A stretch of DNA of 64,000 bases from the NCBI GenBank assembly GCA_013239625.1, contig MU054187.1, positions 5,157,757 through 5,221,756 of the forward strand, in the 5' to 3' direction. The translations under genes were made by a program, and so were the position numbers. This document shows, piece after piece, positions 1-14,526 of the stretch (positions are counted from its first letter, which is position 1; each line of letters opens with the position of its first letter). The stretch is from Lama guanicoe. Its lineage: Eukaryota. The notes beneath the pieces are model-generated. The model saw only the letters and a list, made by a program, of their open reading frames with translations. It was not told where the DNA came from and did no database searches.

Positions 1-180
1 GGAGCAATATGCCAAAGCAGCAGAACTTCACAATAACATGGACTATGTTCCTGGAACTTAAGAGTGGGCCCCATTGTAGGTCCTTAAAAGTATTATATTT
101 ACATGAAGACAGACAGGGATGTGTTATGAGAAATATTATAAAATCTACATATTTCTTAAAGATGAAACGTCATCCCTTAG

Positions 181-408
181 CAGGAGTTTAGGATTAATAA
201 TACATACTCCTATATATAAAACAGATAAACAACAAGGTCCTACTGTATAGCATAGGGAACTATATTCAATATCTTGTGATAACCTATAATGGAAAAGAAT
301 CTGAAAAAGAATACATATATATATGTATAACTGAATTACTTTTTACACCTGAAACTAACACAACACTGTACATCAACTATTCTTCAATAAAAATAAATTT
401 AAAACAAA
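181..408 (+). mobile_element. 5'-truncated LINE-1 3' end (cetartiodactyl/camelid type) with TSD
   Basis: Typical 3' UTR (ctactgtatagcatagggaactatattcaatatc...cacctgaaactaacacaacactgta), AATAAA and A-rich tail. Flanks gaaacgtcatcc (164-175) and gaaatgtcatcc (409-420). Confidence 0.9.
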
Positions 409-1519
409 GAAATGTCATCCTTCTAAGACCCATGTAGACTGCAGAGACACTTCTGCGTTCTTCCTCCAGCCCCTCGGGGTGTGAGTCCATTAGGGCACCT
501 TGGCAGAAAAATGTAGGGACCACTTAAAGATGGCGAGATACCTTTAAAACTCCCAGTAGACGTTTCTGAATACCTTTGGCCAGTTTACTGTATTTCCCCA
601 ATTGACTAGTAATTGTATGTATATTTGTCACTGAACAAGAAATTCCAGCAAAGCAACTACTAATAACTTTGGAAGTTAAACTCAACAGGTGTATTTCTCA
701 CTATACACAAAGCAAAGCATTCACATGAATAGCTAATGACTGGGCTTATCAATTTAAAAAAAAGAATTTGCAGCTGCCATGTGTCTCTCAAGAAGTCAGA
801 TTTTAATATACCTCAACCTTCTGGTGGAAGTATGTAACCTCTAAAGCTTATTCGTCTATAATTTGAAGTCTTCAAAAAAAAAAAAATAGGTAACTAGCTG
901 ATGGTTCACTTGGCTGTGGAACTCCCCCAGGCAGTCTTCTCTGGTTCATTCCCACAAGGGCTGAGAATTTAGCCCACTTACAAGAAGCGGTGTGACTCCC
1001 TCCCCAACTGCACGCAACCCATCTCTGTAACGTGAGGGTTACCTCCCTAACTTCCTAAGCAGTTCCTGGTCCTCTCAGAGTGAGCCCTCCTCCTTCATCG
1101 ATGCCCCATTCCTCACTACAGACACCTCAGTCTCACCCCTCCTCAGGCTGGCCCTTCAGACAGCCCATGACATCACACTTCCATCTATTTCCTCATTTTA
1201 CGTCTCTGGCAGTCTTTCACTGGAGAACTTAACTCATAATTAGTGTTGACATGTCTCTCAGATAATCGGAATTCTGTCGCTCAGTGTGTTTCCAGTTTTG
1301 CTCTCCAGAGCCAAATTTAATGTTTAATTATGGGGGTAAGAGCTGAGCTAAGAAATTCCCTGGCATCTCCTTTCCTGGCCATCATCTTCTGGGCTAGTGC
1401 AGAATTACTGGATGTGTTGTTTTTCTTAGTGGCCTCAAGTCATTTTGAAAACAGGCAGAAGTCTAAATAGTTCAAAAGTCCGGAGTAACTTTCCCCCTCC
1501 TCCTCTGTGCAATTTTTAA

Positions 1520-1810
1520 GGCTAACTAAAATGCCATTTCCTCCAGGAAGCCACCCAGATTTCCTGAACTTCAACCCATCAGTACGCCTCCTTCTCTACC
1601 TCCAGCGCTTTGACGACGGGCTCCATATCACATCACTTCTACTGGAGCTGTTATGGTTATTTGTGGTCCTCTCTTGGTTAGCCACATGGAGGCAGAGTTC
1701 AGGGCTTACTCAGCTCTGTGCCTCTCCCTGCACCCCCGAACACTCAGCACAAGGCTGTGTACACAATTGGTGTTCAGTAAATGCTCTTCAATTTCTAAAA
1801 ATGAATGACG
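1520..1810 (+). mobile_element. LINE-2 3' end fragment
   Basis: Degenerate L2 tail (cagcacaaggctg...gtgttcagtaaatgctc...aatgaatg). Confidence 0.55.
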
Positions 1811-4800
1811 TGTGCCTTATTAACAAAGCCCAAACCTTCTTTAGAAGTGCATTCCAAAATTTTTAAAAAGTCCGTTTCTTTGGCTGGAATATTCTCATTT
1901 CATCCGTGTGCAAATATTTGTATGGGGACTGCACTAGAGTTCCCTGAAAATAAGAAGTTATAATGGAAACAGTGACACAGCCTTAAGTGAGGCAACTGAA
2001 ATAGGAACTACTTTAATACTCTGACTGAAATGTTCTCTGCTTGATAAAGTTCATTACCAGAATATCATCTTTAAAAGTGAAATGCGTTCAGCTGAGCACT
2101 TCTTTTTTTTTTTTTCATTTTGTAAATAGATTCTTCCTTGCCTGAGCTCTCAGTATAAAGTACAAAATAGTCTTCCATAACATTAGAAAAATGTCACCCC
2201 ATACATAAAGCTAAATTTTTAAAATAAAATAGATTTTTCTTCCTTAGCATTTTAAAGGTACAGCAGTGCCTTCACGAGCCATCAGCCAATACTGCATACT
2301 GCATGAAGGGCTGCACCGGCAGTCTGCAATCTGATACCGTCTAAAATGTGTTGGGATAACATATTAGAGCCCAGAACAAAGTTAAGTCCCCACGGGATAT
2401 CCTGAGGCTATAAAGTCACCATCTTTTCAGCATTACCCTACTTATTACCTTGGCTATATTTAAAATGACCCTGGCGCTAATCTTTTTCTCACCTATTCAA
2501 AATGACATAGAAAAGTAGCTGGGTGCTAAATTTACAACCCAAGTGCCAAATTTTCACATCACATCAAATGGAAAATTATATATAGCATATTCATTACTGA
2601 GTTTTTTTGTTTCCGCACTAAGTTCTTGATCAGTCTGGGGTGACTGTGGCCAAAGTTACCTTACCAAGTAAGTTTTACTCCGTTCTAAAGATCTGACGTG
2701 TGTTGGATTCAGGCATCTTGATGAGATCAATGGTTTATTGCCACCATTGCATCTTGGCAAGGAGGTGATAGCAATAATGAATCTTTGACCTTTAGGTTAT
2801 CAGCTGAGTTATTTTTCTAAGAAACAAGCATTCATATGTTCACTGATACCATTTTACCGTAAGCACAGTACACTTGCTGTTCATCAAAATTCAGATACAA
2901 TTTTATGGTCCTTCCACCTCTCAAAAATACATCCTTTCTTCCCCATCTTCCATCCCCTGCCCCCATTTTCTGTTTCTAAAGATTGCAAGTTACAGAGAGG
3001 CAACTGACCTCAGTAAATTTTTCTGCTGGCTTACATTTTTTTTCCTTTCTTTTTAAAGTACTCTTTAGGGAAAAAGAAAAAGATAAACACACTTCATATA
3101 ACAAGAGCCATAAGAAAAATATGTTCTGGCAGACTTTTCCCAACTTGTAAGAGAAAAGAATTGACATCATCCAAGTGTAAGTGCAAAGAGTAAAAGACAG
3201 AAATCTCCAAATGGATTTGGGTTCCACTTTCAAACTCCGAGGCTAAGGGAACACAAGTGTTTCACTTCAGAAATGAATAACGAATGACTTCAGGACACAT
3301 ACACCTTTCTCTTTTTGGAAAGATTGCACATAAAAAGAGCATTTTTTTGGCACGGCTGACCTGCAGAGATGTGGAGCTAAGCAGAGTCATGAATTCACTC
3401 GCTCTGATATGCACACATGATACGCAATTAAAATCTCCATTCACATCCCTGCCGACTTGTCAATCATGAGGAAAGCCTTTTTGACAACATTCAGCGAAGC
3501 GTACCAACTAACCGCTCAACAGGAACTTAAACAGTAACAGCTTTTGTTACTAGCAAGAGCGATTTTTTTTTTAACAGAGATTGGGTTCAGTTTCTAAGAA
3601 ATCATTATGCTCTGAATTTTAGGGCCTTTCATTAAAAATGAAAATGTGTCAAAAAGAATTTTGTACAGCAAGCTCTGTGATGTAAAATCTAGAAAATATG
3701 AGATACCTACACAATTCTAGCCTTTTCGACTGGGGGAATCTTTTTAACTTTTCCCGTTTAGAACAATGAACAATGATCTTATAAAGCAGTTTACTGGGAA
3801 GAAACGTGACGTTTCTAATTCATTCCGAAGCTTTTCACTAGAATCTTAAAAACTTTTCAAATAGATCAGGGCTCTAATCTCACTTGAAAAGAGACTGACC
3901 AGTTTATAAACCAGTAGGAGAGTGATTTTTTTTTTAATCATAAGAAGAATATTTAGCATGTCAGAAATACAGCAGGCATCAAACCTTTCAAATTATGGAG
4001 CTCTACAGAAAATGTTATGCACATAAATTCTCTCCAGATGAACCCAGAAGGTACTCTGCTGATAACTTTGTTTCTGCTGAACATCTAATCAAAGACTGTG
4101 CCTTTCATAATAGCACATTAGTGTGCTTTAAAGTCATAAATCCCTAAAAACAGGGCCCAGGAAAATTGAATATAGGATGCTTGTTAATCTGCCACTGTGT
4201 CTGTTTTGAGCAACTAACCTGGGATTATAAATTTGAAACAAGTTAATACTATCAGATATTGAAGTATCTGTCTCCTTACTTATCCTGCTCTGTAACCGAG
4301 AGAGCAGATGCATCCTGACCATTAGCAGTCATGACAAATTGTCTTGCTAATGAACGTTACACACTGAAAGTGCCCAAACTGATTAAACTACAATTTCCCA
4401 CTCCCAGAGAGGGAGCGAGCGGGGACTCCAGCAGTGGGCAGCTCTGATACTCTGCCAACAGGCCTTCAGGGCACAGTGTGATATTTAGAAAAACACTCTA
4501 AATTCCATATGAACAGATTCTAGAAGCCTCTGTGTGTACAACAGGTTTTTAAAGAACATTAGATAAAACAGCTTAGGCTGGAGCTGATGAGCCCTGAAAA
4601 ATGGATGTGTTTTAACTATTTGTATCCTTGCAAGTATGTGTTCAAGAATATTCGCTGGTGTGGGTTTTTCTCTCTCTCCTTCCTTCCCTTTCCCCGCCCC
4701 CAAAACATAGCGTGTGCTTTGCATTTCACATAAAATCTTTCTTTTGTCAGTTCCTTTGTTGGTGCAAAATTGGCAGCAGTTCAAATTCAAAGTACTCCTA

Positions 4801-5421
4801 TTCATTTACTGACCAATGTCATTCTAGTTCACATCAGCCAGCGAGCTAAGCTCTAAAAACATAAAAGACTGGCTTCGCCACTGACGAATAATGTGTACAT
4901 TTTTACAGAGCTTAGACCTTAATGCTTTCCCTGAAACTAACAATACAGTATATCTTATCATTCCTTTTTCACAAGCAGGCAGCTGCTGAAACGCTTGCCA
5001 CTTCAAAATATCAATTGCTTGCCAGAGTTTTCCTCAACACACCCTGTCAAACTCATGTATATTGTGCAATGAAAATGGTGCAGGACTGAAAGCTAGAAAT
5101 TGTGTCAAATTCTGCTGTAAGGGTCTGATGTGCAAAGAACAATATATGACAACCGTGGAGACTACAAACAATGGCATTGGAGCCAGAGACTTCACAGATC
5201 ACAACAGCGCCTGTACATATTTTATTGTAGGCATTATATATTTAAAGCATGACAAATGTACCATCGTAACATTATGTGCTGCACGAATCGAAGCTCCGCC
5301 CACTCGTTTGCCTTTTGCATTTCTCTTGGTGATGGAAACACAGTTGAGTTTCATTTCTTTGGCTTCTCTTAAGACATTTAAGGTTCTCAGATCAGAAAGG
5401 AAGAAGACACGCTCCCTCACA

Positions 5422-5422
<1 letters not shown>

Positions 5423-5466
<44 letters not shown>
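5423..5466 (+). repeat. (CA)22 microsatellite
   Basis: Perfect CA repeat. Confidence 0.98.
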
Positions 5467-5469
<3 letters not shown>

Positions 5470-7784
5470 TTATCAAAATGAGTAACAGAAGACAATAATA
5501 CAAGATGAGAAAATGAGGTCTTGTTCACTTAACATTTCGGCTGCTCTCTGAGGACACAAAGCGAGGATTATCTTAAACACTAACCAAGGGTATCAAGAGA
5601 ACTACACTCTCACTCTGCCTATAAATTGTCATCTGCCTAATTTTAATGCAGATAAGTGCTGGCTTATTGATTTGCGCGATTTTCCAGCAAAATGGAAATC
5701 CCACTCGATATGTTCTTCGTGGGCAGAAAATAGGGTTTAAGATGCTTTTTACTAGTACTGCTTCCCGATGCCAAAAGAACAATTAAGCAAATAATATTTC
5801 GCTACTTTATCAGGCCTATAAACTAATACGATTCCTATCTGTTTAGACTTGAAGTATCTCTTCCCATTCCCCGATTCCCTCTGTTTACTTTCAAGGAGCC
5901 TGGTTATTGAAAAGTGATTTTTCTTCCAAATGGCTGTTTAAATAAAATCTGAAAACATTCTCACTTTGGAATATTTCGATTTAATTATTAAGGGGTTCGC
6001 GGCTGTAACAACCTTACACTAATTCAGTCAATGACTGTGGAAATGAAAACATGTTTATGGGAGAAGGTCAGGATGAATATATATTCATCTCCTCCACGAC
6101 CGAGCTCAGGTTACAAAGACCTTTATCACACAAGTAGCTTGGAGTGGCACTAACTGACTCGAGGCTAAGGAAAATGCTTTTAAGGTGTTAATAAATATTT
6201 TGGAGAGAGAATAGGTAGTTTAGGTGCTTAGGGGCGCTGACCTTTGCTGTGTTGATTAGTGGGACAATGATGCATTATTAACACACAGCAGCTGTACCTG
6301 AAATGCTGCCACGAATATAATAGCCTTTTATAGCCAACAGGAGAGGGAGGGAGGAGGCCTTTATTAACCACTAGACATGATTAGCACATTATGTGAACTT
6401 TAGTAGGCAAATTATCTCTCATTGAAATATAATGTTGGTTATAACTAATTGTAAACATGATTTTCAAAACTTCCCAGTGAACAACTCAATGTTTTACTAC
6501 TGTTCAGCTCCTTATTGGCTGGAGACTGACAAAAAGATGTTCTGTGGTGGGTTGTACTCCTAGGAGCTGAATCTCCAAAGGCAGATGGCGTCACTGAGGG
6601 CTGACTTGAAAACGATCTGGCGTTCCAAGTTCAGGGCAATTCGCGTACATGAAAACTTTTCTCTCTCTAATTAAGTAAAACTGTTCATGAACTAGAAAAG
6701 CTGTCTTGGGATTTTTTTTTCTTCCTCTTTCCTTCTTGAATAGTTTGTAAAAGATTAGTTTTGCAGTGAATTTTTCAGAGTTACCTGGAAAAATAACAGC
6801 ATAATTTATTTCCAAAAGCTTAATTTGGGGGAAAGAAAGGATTACCCCATTAGCCTTAGTAACTGAACGTGGCGTGGAGAGTCCATTATGAACAGTCTTT
6901 TATACCTTGGCAGAAAGTCATTAACATAAAATAAATCATTAGCTTTGATATTAAGCTTCTACTATCTGCAGGTTTCTGTGATTAATGTTCGTGACTGCAT
7001 CTGCCAAATGATAAAATATATTTTGTTGAAAGGTTATTCTGCCCCTTTATTATTAACATTTCTCTTTATACAATTGTTCCTGGCATTTTAGGAGGGGCAT
7101 ATTGGTGGAGAAAGAGCTGGTTTTTACAATGGTGTGGAGACACCAATGCATATAATACTTTACCCATCATTTTTCAAATTAACCATTTAATCGAGTTAAA
7201 GGACTTAAGGAAGTCAGATGGCACACAGATAGGCTTTCAGTGTAATTGGACTACCTTTAGACCCAGTTGGTCCATTCTTTAATTAATCTTGCACATTATA
7301 TTTTGCATCTCTGACCCACATATCAGAGGAAGATACTGAGGGGCAAGCCTGCTTCCCTGAAGTCAGGAACAGCTAAAGGGCCCTTCCCCTCTGGAGTGGG
7401 CATTCTCAACTTAGTGTATCTTCTTACTCTGCATAACCAGCAACAGCTCCCATCCCAGCATCTCTCATTAGGTGCGCTGACTCACAATGCGGACAGGGAA
7501 AGAGAGAACCCCTGGGGGGCTTATCAGTATCTGAGATGGGGAGATTACAGGCTGTACCTACACACACCTCATTTTCCCCAAGTCACCTCTGACCCCCTAG
7601 AAAGGTTATTCCTTTCACTCCTTTCCTGAAAGAATCACTAGTGTGCACCTTTGGAAGACACATGCCTTCCACTAAGGTAGCACAAATAGAAGAAGTGGGC
7701 CAAGGACACAGTATTTTTCCAAGGTCTACCATTGTTTGAATTTTGAACACTTCTCACTACACAATTTCAAAATACTTCACCCAT

Positions 7785-7915
7785 GTTGAGCCCTTGATTC
7801 TCATCAGGATTCCTTGAGACAAACATAAGTTATTTCCTCTAATGGATACATGCAAGATTGGGACACAGGTGGATTAAAGGTTTTAGTGGCAGAACTTTAG
7901 ACATAGAACAGAGTC
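7785..7915 (-). mobile_element. MIR fragment
   Basis: Degenerate reverse MIR core (gattctcatcagg...gattgggacacaggtggattaaagg...agtggcagaac). Confidence 0.45.
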
Positions 7916-9359
7916 AGGGTTTCTATGAGAATGGGAGACAGAATGGGAGGGAGTTCTGTCCTTGCAGAGTTGTATTCATTTTGCCTAGGGAGTAAGCCGA
8001 CGCAGCTTTAAGGGCCCTTGGTTTGTATCTCAAACCTTCAACAAAAAGGAGTCTTTCCTTCAGAAAGGCCTATGGTTTCTTCAGAAAGGTCCCTTTCTTC
8101 AGTCTTGCTAGGATCTGCTACGCCTAACGAAAGCCCTAGCATTGTGAAAAGCATCGTCTCCTGTGATACGTGGCTACGCTTCTTCAAAAGGAGTGGTGAC
8201 GAGGCATTCCCACTAGCCAGGATGAATTCCTTCTTGTAGTTGTACACATCGGTAGATTCTGCCATTTATGATAAATTCGCGTGTATTTATGGCCAGAAAT
8301 ATATCCAAGACCATGAGAAACACAGAAAAACACGCTCTCACCCAAACACACAGATGCACACACCAATTTCTCTGACTGGGTAACTTCCAGCCAGGAGCTC
8401 AGACACTTCAATGGAAAGGTACTCTATACAGCAGCTGACAGTGTTACAACTGTGGATCAGATACCTGTAATTTATAAGTCTACATAGTAAATTAAAAAAA
8501 AAAACTTTCGATTTTCTTGGCCACTAGCAAAGTTTCTTCTCCACCAACTGCGGCCCTAGTTTATTTATTTAGGAGTCCTTTCAAGAAAGTTGCACAAAAG
8601 CACATAACTCAAGAATGAAAAACAGTAAATACTTGGTTAAAGCAGAATCATTAAAAACTCCAAAGTGAAAAACGGCCAAACAAGAAAGCATCAACAGGGA
8701 TGCTGGTTTCATGACCCGTGTTAACATGCATATAAATCAATGACGATTGTTTCATAAGTGAAATGGAAATCTGAAGATAGATTTTAGAAGTTAACTTCAC
8801 AATTTTCAATCAAGGCAAACTAAAGAGAGCTGGGGAAATATTGGTGCCCCCTCTCATGATGGGGAGGGTGTTCTTCCTGACAATATCCCCCTCTGATCTT
8901 TTCCCCTGCACCATCAACATCTGAGCAAAGAGCCCTCTGATGTTGCCATTTTCAAAATGAGTGCTATAGGGAGGAACGTATTATAACCAGGAAAATCTCA
9001 TTCAGGTTAATGTGAATTCCACGTCTCAAAGTATTATGGAAGAAATGCTATAATTAACAGTCTGTTGGCACGTCCATTATAAACCACATTTCTAAGCAGT
9101 TTATAACTCAACTGTTTTTAATGAGAAATTGCTCTTCGGGATGAAACTTGGCATGCATGGTTTAAAGCAAAAAATGCTCAAATTCACTAGGGCAGATGTA
9201 AAGCTGTAGCATGTTGGCAGCTCTCTTTTCTAGTGCGACAGTCCATTCGACACAATTCACTATTCACTGCTGGTCCTGTCAACCAGTGGAGACCACAGGC
9301 TATCTGCCTCTGCAACATGCACCTTCAAAGAATAAGATCAACTGAAATAACAAATGTGT

Positions 9360-9685
9360 TCGGGGGACTGGTTCCAGGACTCCTCTTGAATACCCAAACC
9401 TGAGGCTTCTCATGTCCCCTGTATGAAGTGGTGTAGCATCTGGATATAACCTATGCATATCCTTTCCTATACTTCAAATAACTCTGGACTACTCTAATAG
9501 CTATACAATGTAAATGCTATGCTAATACTTGTAAATACTATGTAAATGATATGGAAATAGTTGCTGGTGCGCGGCAAATTCAAGCTTTGCTTTCTAAAAC
9601 TTTCTGGAATTCTTTTCCCCAAGCATCTTCCATCTGAGCTTGGCTGACTGCAGATGCAGGACTCGCAGATACAGATGGCTAACTG
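9360..9685 (+). mobile_element. MER2-family (MER2B-like) non-autonomous Tigger/TcMar DNA transposon
   Basis: gggggactggttccaggac...ataacctatgcatatcc...aaatagttgctggtgcgcggcaaattcaag...cagatacagatggctaactg follows the MER2B consensus as I recall it, including the 3' terminal inverted repeat. Confidence 0.85.
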
Positions 9686-12600
9686 CGTATCAATAACATC
9701 ACGGTGGAAGTAAATCAGAGAAAAGAAAATTTCCTTAAGATTGGTAAAAATAAACATTTCCATGGAAAAACTGTTTAAATTCAACTTAAACAAGCTAGGC
9801 AGCATTCAAACATTTAGCTCCTTTGTGTAGAAGCTTCTCACAGGCAGGACTGTCGTTAGGGTTCCTGAGGCCACGGTAGTGATCAACTGCGACTTACTGA
9901 AGTCTTATTTTCTCCTAAAGGTATATACTTTTTTAGATTCATACACAAGTTTTATCTTAAACAACAGATAACATTTTAAAAATGTGATTGTTAATAGCAT
10001 TTAATCATGTCATGATAATTACATGTATTTTCATTGAGATGTAAGTTAAATATTCTACCTTCTGAGCTCCCAGAAACCTTGAGGTTCACATTGGATAAGT
10101 TAAGACGTAGGACGATAAATTACCTGGAAGTGACTGATGACGTGGGCCCTGCATTTCCAGCTATTTCTCTTAGTTATCTACGGATGTTCCGGTGAGAACA
10201 CACAAACAAGCGACCCACACACGCACTGGAAGTGTAACTCAGCTAACTTATTTTGGGCAACTAAGGGATCAGGAGACCAGTCCCACTTTCATACCACTTA
10301 AGAGTATAAATAAAGATTTCTTTCTGATAAGGAACATTCAAAGATTCCAAACTCTAAACACACTGTGCACAAAATGTGCAGGGAAAGGGGGACCTATCCC
10401 ACCATGATTTTCCTCTCAGCATCACATCTATGTTTTTTAAGTCTGTTATTCTACGATCCAATGTCATTAATTGATGAGTAAAAGGAGGGCGGCCTAGTTC
10501 AGGATTTTAAGAAGTGGATACGGGCCCGAGGACTAGCAGATTCCAATTTCCTTACCCAGAACAAACGGCAAGTACTGGAGCAAGAATGGATACATTAACG
10601 TGGTGATGACAATACTGATGGCAAGTAGAAAAGGGAGCATGGTGGCCGAGGTGACCACGCTGTAAGCAAGAGTGAGAGAGGGAGGAGTTCCGGTTAGAAA
10701 GTACAGACTTCCCAGATTCAGACCAAGATGGGGAAGGGGAAAGGCGGGGGAGGGGGAAAGGCGAGAAGAGGAGGGAAGGAAGAGGCGCAGGCAGGCAGAT
10801 AGACCGCATCAATCGGGACCACAGGATCGCCAGTAGTGGAGAAATATCCCCAGGGTCTTTTCAACTTTCTGGTGAGTTAGCAAAATGTTGCAAAGCACTA
10901 GAATAAATCATGCTTCCTAGCTAAATCAGATCCCCCATCCCCGCCTCAATTCTCTAAGCTACGACTTTCTTGAATGTGAGCCCATCACACAAAAAAGTAT
11001 CAGTACAAGAAATAGTCCCACACACCAAAACCAAAAATTGAGACCCAGTTAGGGCACCAAGAAAACCACCGTGAAGCTCGAAGCTTTCCCTACTTCTTTC
11101 AGGTTCAAGGGCCTTCCTTCTTTTCTGTTAGCCCCTTGCAATCATCTCATTAAAAAAAAAAAAAAAAAAGGACTACAATAAGCAGCCAAGTAAATGATAT
11201 TTAAATATCAGTTTAGTGTTTCTAACTAAGCAAAATATCAAAATGCTCCTTAATATCATCACTTAGCAACTTCCAACATGTTCAATAAACTGAGAGTACC
11301 CTAAACCATGTAAGCTATGTTAAAAATAACATTATAAGCTCCCAAGCTTATAACTATAATTTTTGCATAGACATTTAAAAATCAAGAGTTTACGACACTG
11401 AAATATCCCACAAAGTCAAGAGGGCTAGCTACATTTGAGCTTTTCATATGATATCTGATTTAGTGGCCAAAACTATATGATTTTGCTCCTATGCTCTTAC
11501 CTATAAATTTATTTAGAACATATTTAAAGACCTCAAAACTTATGAAACATGCCAGCTAATAAAACTCCCAGGAGATTTTTAATTGCATCAATGACGTCCA
11601 AAGTATAAACTAGGAATTTCCCAAAGTCCTAGAAGTTATGGGGGTGGGCAGAGAATAATCAAGCATGATGCCCTAAATTGCTTATAACCCTCCCCTTTCT
11701 TCTCCTCCCCCTCCGCTCCCCACTCCTCCTTATATTTATTACAGTAGAAATAATGACTCCATCGTAATGTGTTTGCAAATCCTGTATTTTAGAGATGATG
11801 ATTTTTGCCACATTAAAGTACAACACATAACACTCTAAATAGGAAAATAAGCTCGAAGGAGATTCTACAGAGATGATAAGGAATCTTGTTTTTCTCAAAA
11901 GTTATCAATGTCTACTGTTAGCCCTGACATTTTAACGCAGAGTTCATCACAAATGGGTCCTTCCTCCTGTGTTCATATGAAAAGATTATACACTGTCCTT
12001 CCTCATTTCAATGACAAAAGCCCAATATTCCAAATGCCCATTATTCTTCACTCTGCATATAAGCCAGTATTAAGCACGGGTTTGTGTTTTGAACTTCCTT
12101 GTGTCTAAATCAACCAGAGAAAGATTCAGGACCTGATTCCACAAAAGCAACCGCTGAGAACAGTGAAGACCATTATTTCCTCTCCCACTGCTGGCAGAGG
12201 TCAGCATCCCTGTCATTAGCCATGTCATAACATAATTGTATTACTACTCCTGATGTGGGCAGATACTGAGCAATAACTGAACACATCACATCATTGTAAA
12301 AATGAAAAAGTGCCACTTCTTTGTCCCAATTTAGCATAAAATCAGTGAAAACAATCTTCAGAAATGACACTGCACTAAGAAACTGAAAGGAACTGTTATT
12401 ACTCTGTGGGTATATATTTAAACTGATGCTCTGACATCTTCAACTAGAACAAAAAAGAGGACTATATTTTACTGCTGAACTCCAATTGTGAGCTCCTATA
12501 ATCCAATTTCTTTTGGTAACATTCAGTTCAATTAAGGGATACAATGTTACTTAAAATAGTCTTTATTAGATGAAACTCGACTATGGTACCCATCTCTCAA

Positions 12601-14523
12601 TGTCTGAAATAGAGCCATGCTTTAAGATGCCAGAGGTAAACACTGTTACTTCCAGCCTACATGTTTCTGTCCAGCCTATGAGCTCCAGTGGTACTTCAAA
12701 GGCTGACCTACATACAGCAACATGCCATCCATTCTGGCTGTTTGCATAAGAGATGCCTCGTACAGTTGCCACAACCAACATCACTGCATTGTTTTCTCCC
12801 GCAATGGGCTATGTGAAAATGGAGGCCAGTCTGCATAGTGATGTGTTCATAACGTAATGTGCTCTTACGATAGGGCAATACTAGATTAAACTCTCCTCCC
12901 AAAAATTCCTCCCACGGAGTTTATTAACTGAAAAAATGTAAGTAGTGTTTTGGCAATCAATAGAGCAGCAGTGCTGGAAAGTGTCAGCAAAGTAAAACAA
13001 CCTCATGTTAGTTTAGAAATGCTTCAGGAAGAGAATACTCATTTTCTGGATTAGGGTCTCTTGTGACACTGAAAAAAATGTCACTGGAGAAATCTCTACT
13101 TACAACTGCCTGACGCTAAAGCATAGAAAGATACTGGTTCCGCTGGGATTCAGCACGAGACTTTAACTAGTAAAGTGCTGACAGATTTAAAATAAAGATA
13201 ATTAGTAATTTACGATCTTATCATCCTATTAAAAACAAATAACCTGACAAAGTGACTGTTTCTTGTAATAAACTACATATTCATTACACCTCTGAAACAG
13301 ACAAGGTTTACCCTGCAGTCTTGTCTCTTTTTGGGGAGTCAGATCCAACTTGTTCTTTACTAAATGTAGATACAGATTTCTTATTTTACCTCTTTCAAAC
13401 TTTTGCCCACCTTCATAGCCCTGCAGATCTACCTGAGTCACTACAAAACTGAATGCTGCTTGACTGCATTCTTAACAACGAAAATTGTGGAGCTGGACAG
13501 AAATTTTGTACCAACGTTCACTAGTGCCTGTGCCTTCTGGGGCCTAGCAAAGCAACTCAGTACATTTAATATAATCAGGGATCAGTGACAAATATATCTG
13601 ATACACTCCTACCCAGAGAAGGGCAGGGACAGACGTCCTGTGAGAAACATCTCTATGAAGTCTCTTCCTACTATTAGAAGTGTATCTTCTGACTTTGCAT
13701 CTTTAAAAATCCATTATTCCCTGGATAAGTAAAATAGAAGACTTGCATCTAGTCTATAGAAAGGGTGGCTAATTTGCATTTAAAAAGAACAGTTCGCTCC
13801 TCATATGCGGGGTGACTTAAAAGGAACTTCAATGAGCTAGTAAAGAAATTCTGAAGACTTTCTCAATTAATTTATTCAATTCACAAGCACAACCCACTAC
13901 AATTGTTTAAAGCACTTAATTGGAAAATGATTTAATATATTGAAGTAATTCTTGATTTTCCAAAGCATTTAACTTTTAAATTAAATCTGACCCTACCAAC
14001 ATGAGAACGGCGAGTGAAATGTGTATCCAAGTCATTACGTTCCTTTTGGAGCCTAAAATCACTGATAAATTTAATAAGATTTGTCCAGTTTCATTGCCAA
14101 AATGTTTCTGACCTTTTGGTTCCAATTACCACGGCAGAATATGTCTTTACTAGCCAAGATAAGACTGCTATTTTATTATTATTTTTATTAGTATTAGGGT
14201 TATAAGCAAAAATAAAGAGTCACAAACACAAAATACTTGCTCATTAAGGCCAAAAAGGCTTGAGAATAAAAAGAACTGTTACCAACAGATAATGAAACTT
14301 CATCACACAAACTTCTCTTGCCAAAGTTACCAGTGCCTTCCAACTTGCCCCTAGGTCAAGGGCTCCTGTGTGATCAAAAGCCTTTCTGCTCTGCCGAAGA
14401 CTAGATTTCCCTGGTTTCAAACTTGCCTGAACATCATCAACACACAGTACATCCCTTTTACTGGGTCTAACATTGTACAAACAGCATCAGGGAGCTTCTC
14501 CCCAGGGTGGATACAACTCACAG

Positions 14524-14526
<3 letters not shown>

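Noticed and set aside
5062..5528. 139-aa and 109-aa ORFs with THTH/VCVC runs
   Set aside because: Translation of the (CA)22 microsatellite; intronic, with no recognisable homology.
7390..7640. Possible MER5/MER117-type MITE
   Set aside because: Only the ends resemble it (cattctcaac...aagaatcactag); too degenerate to call.
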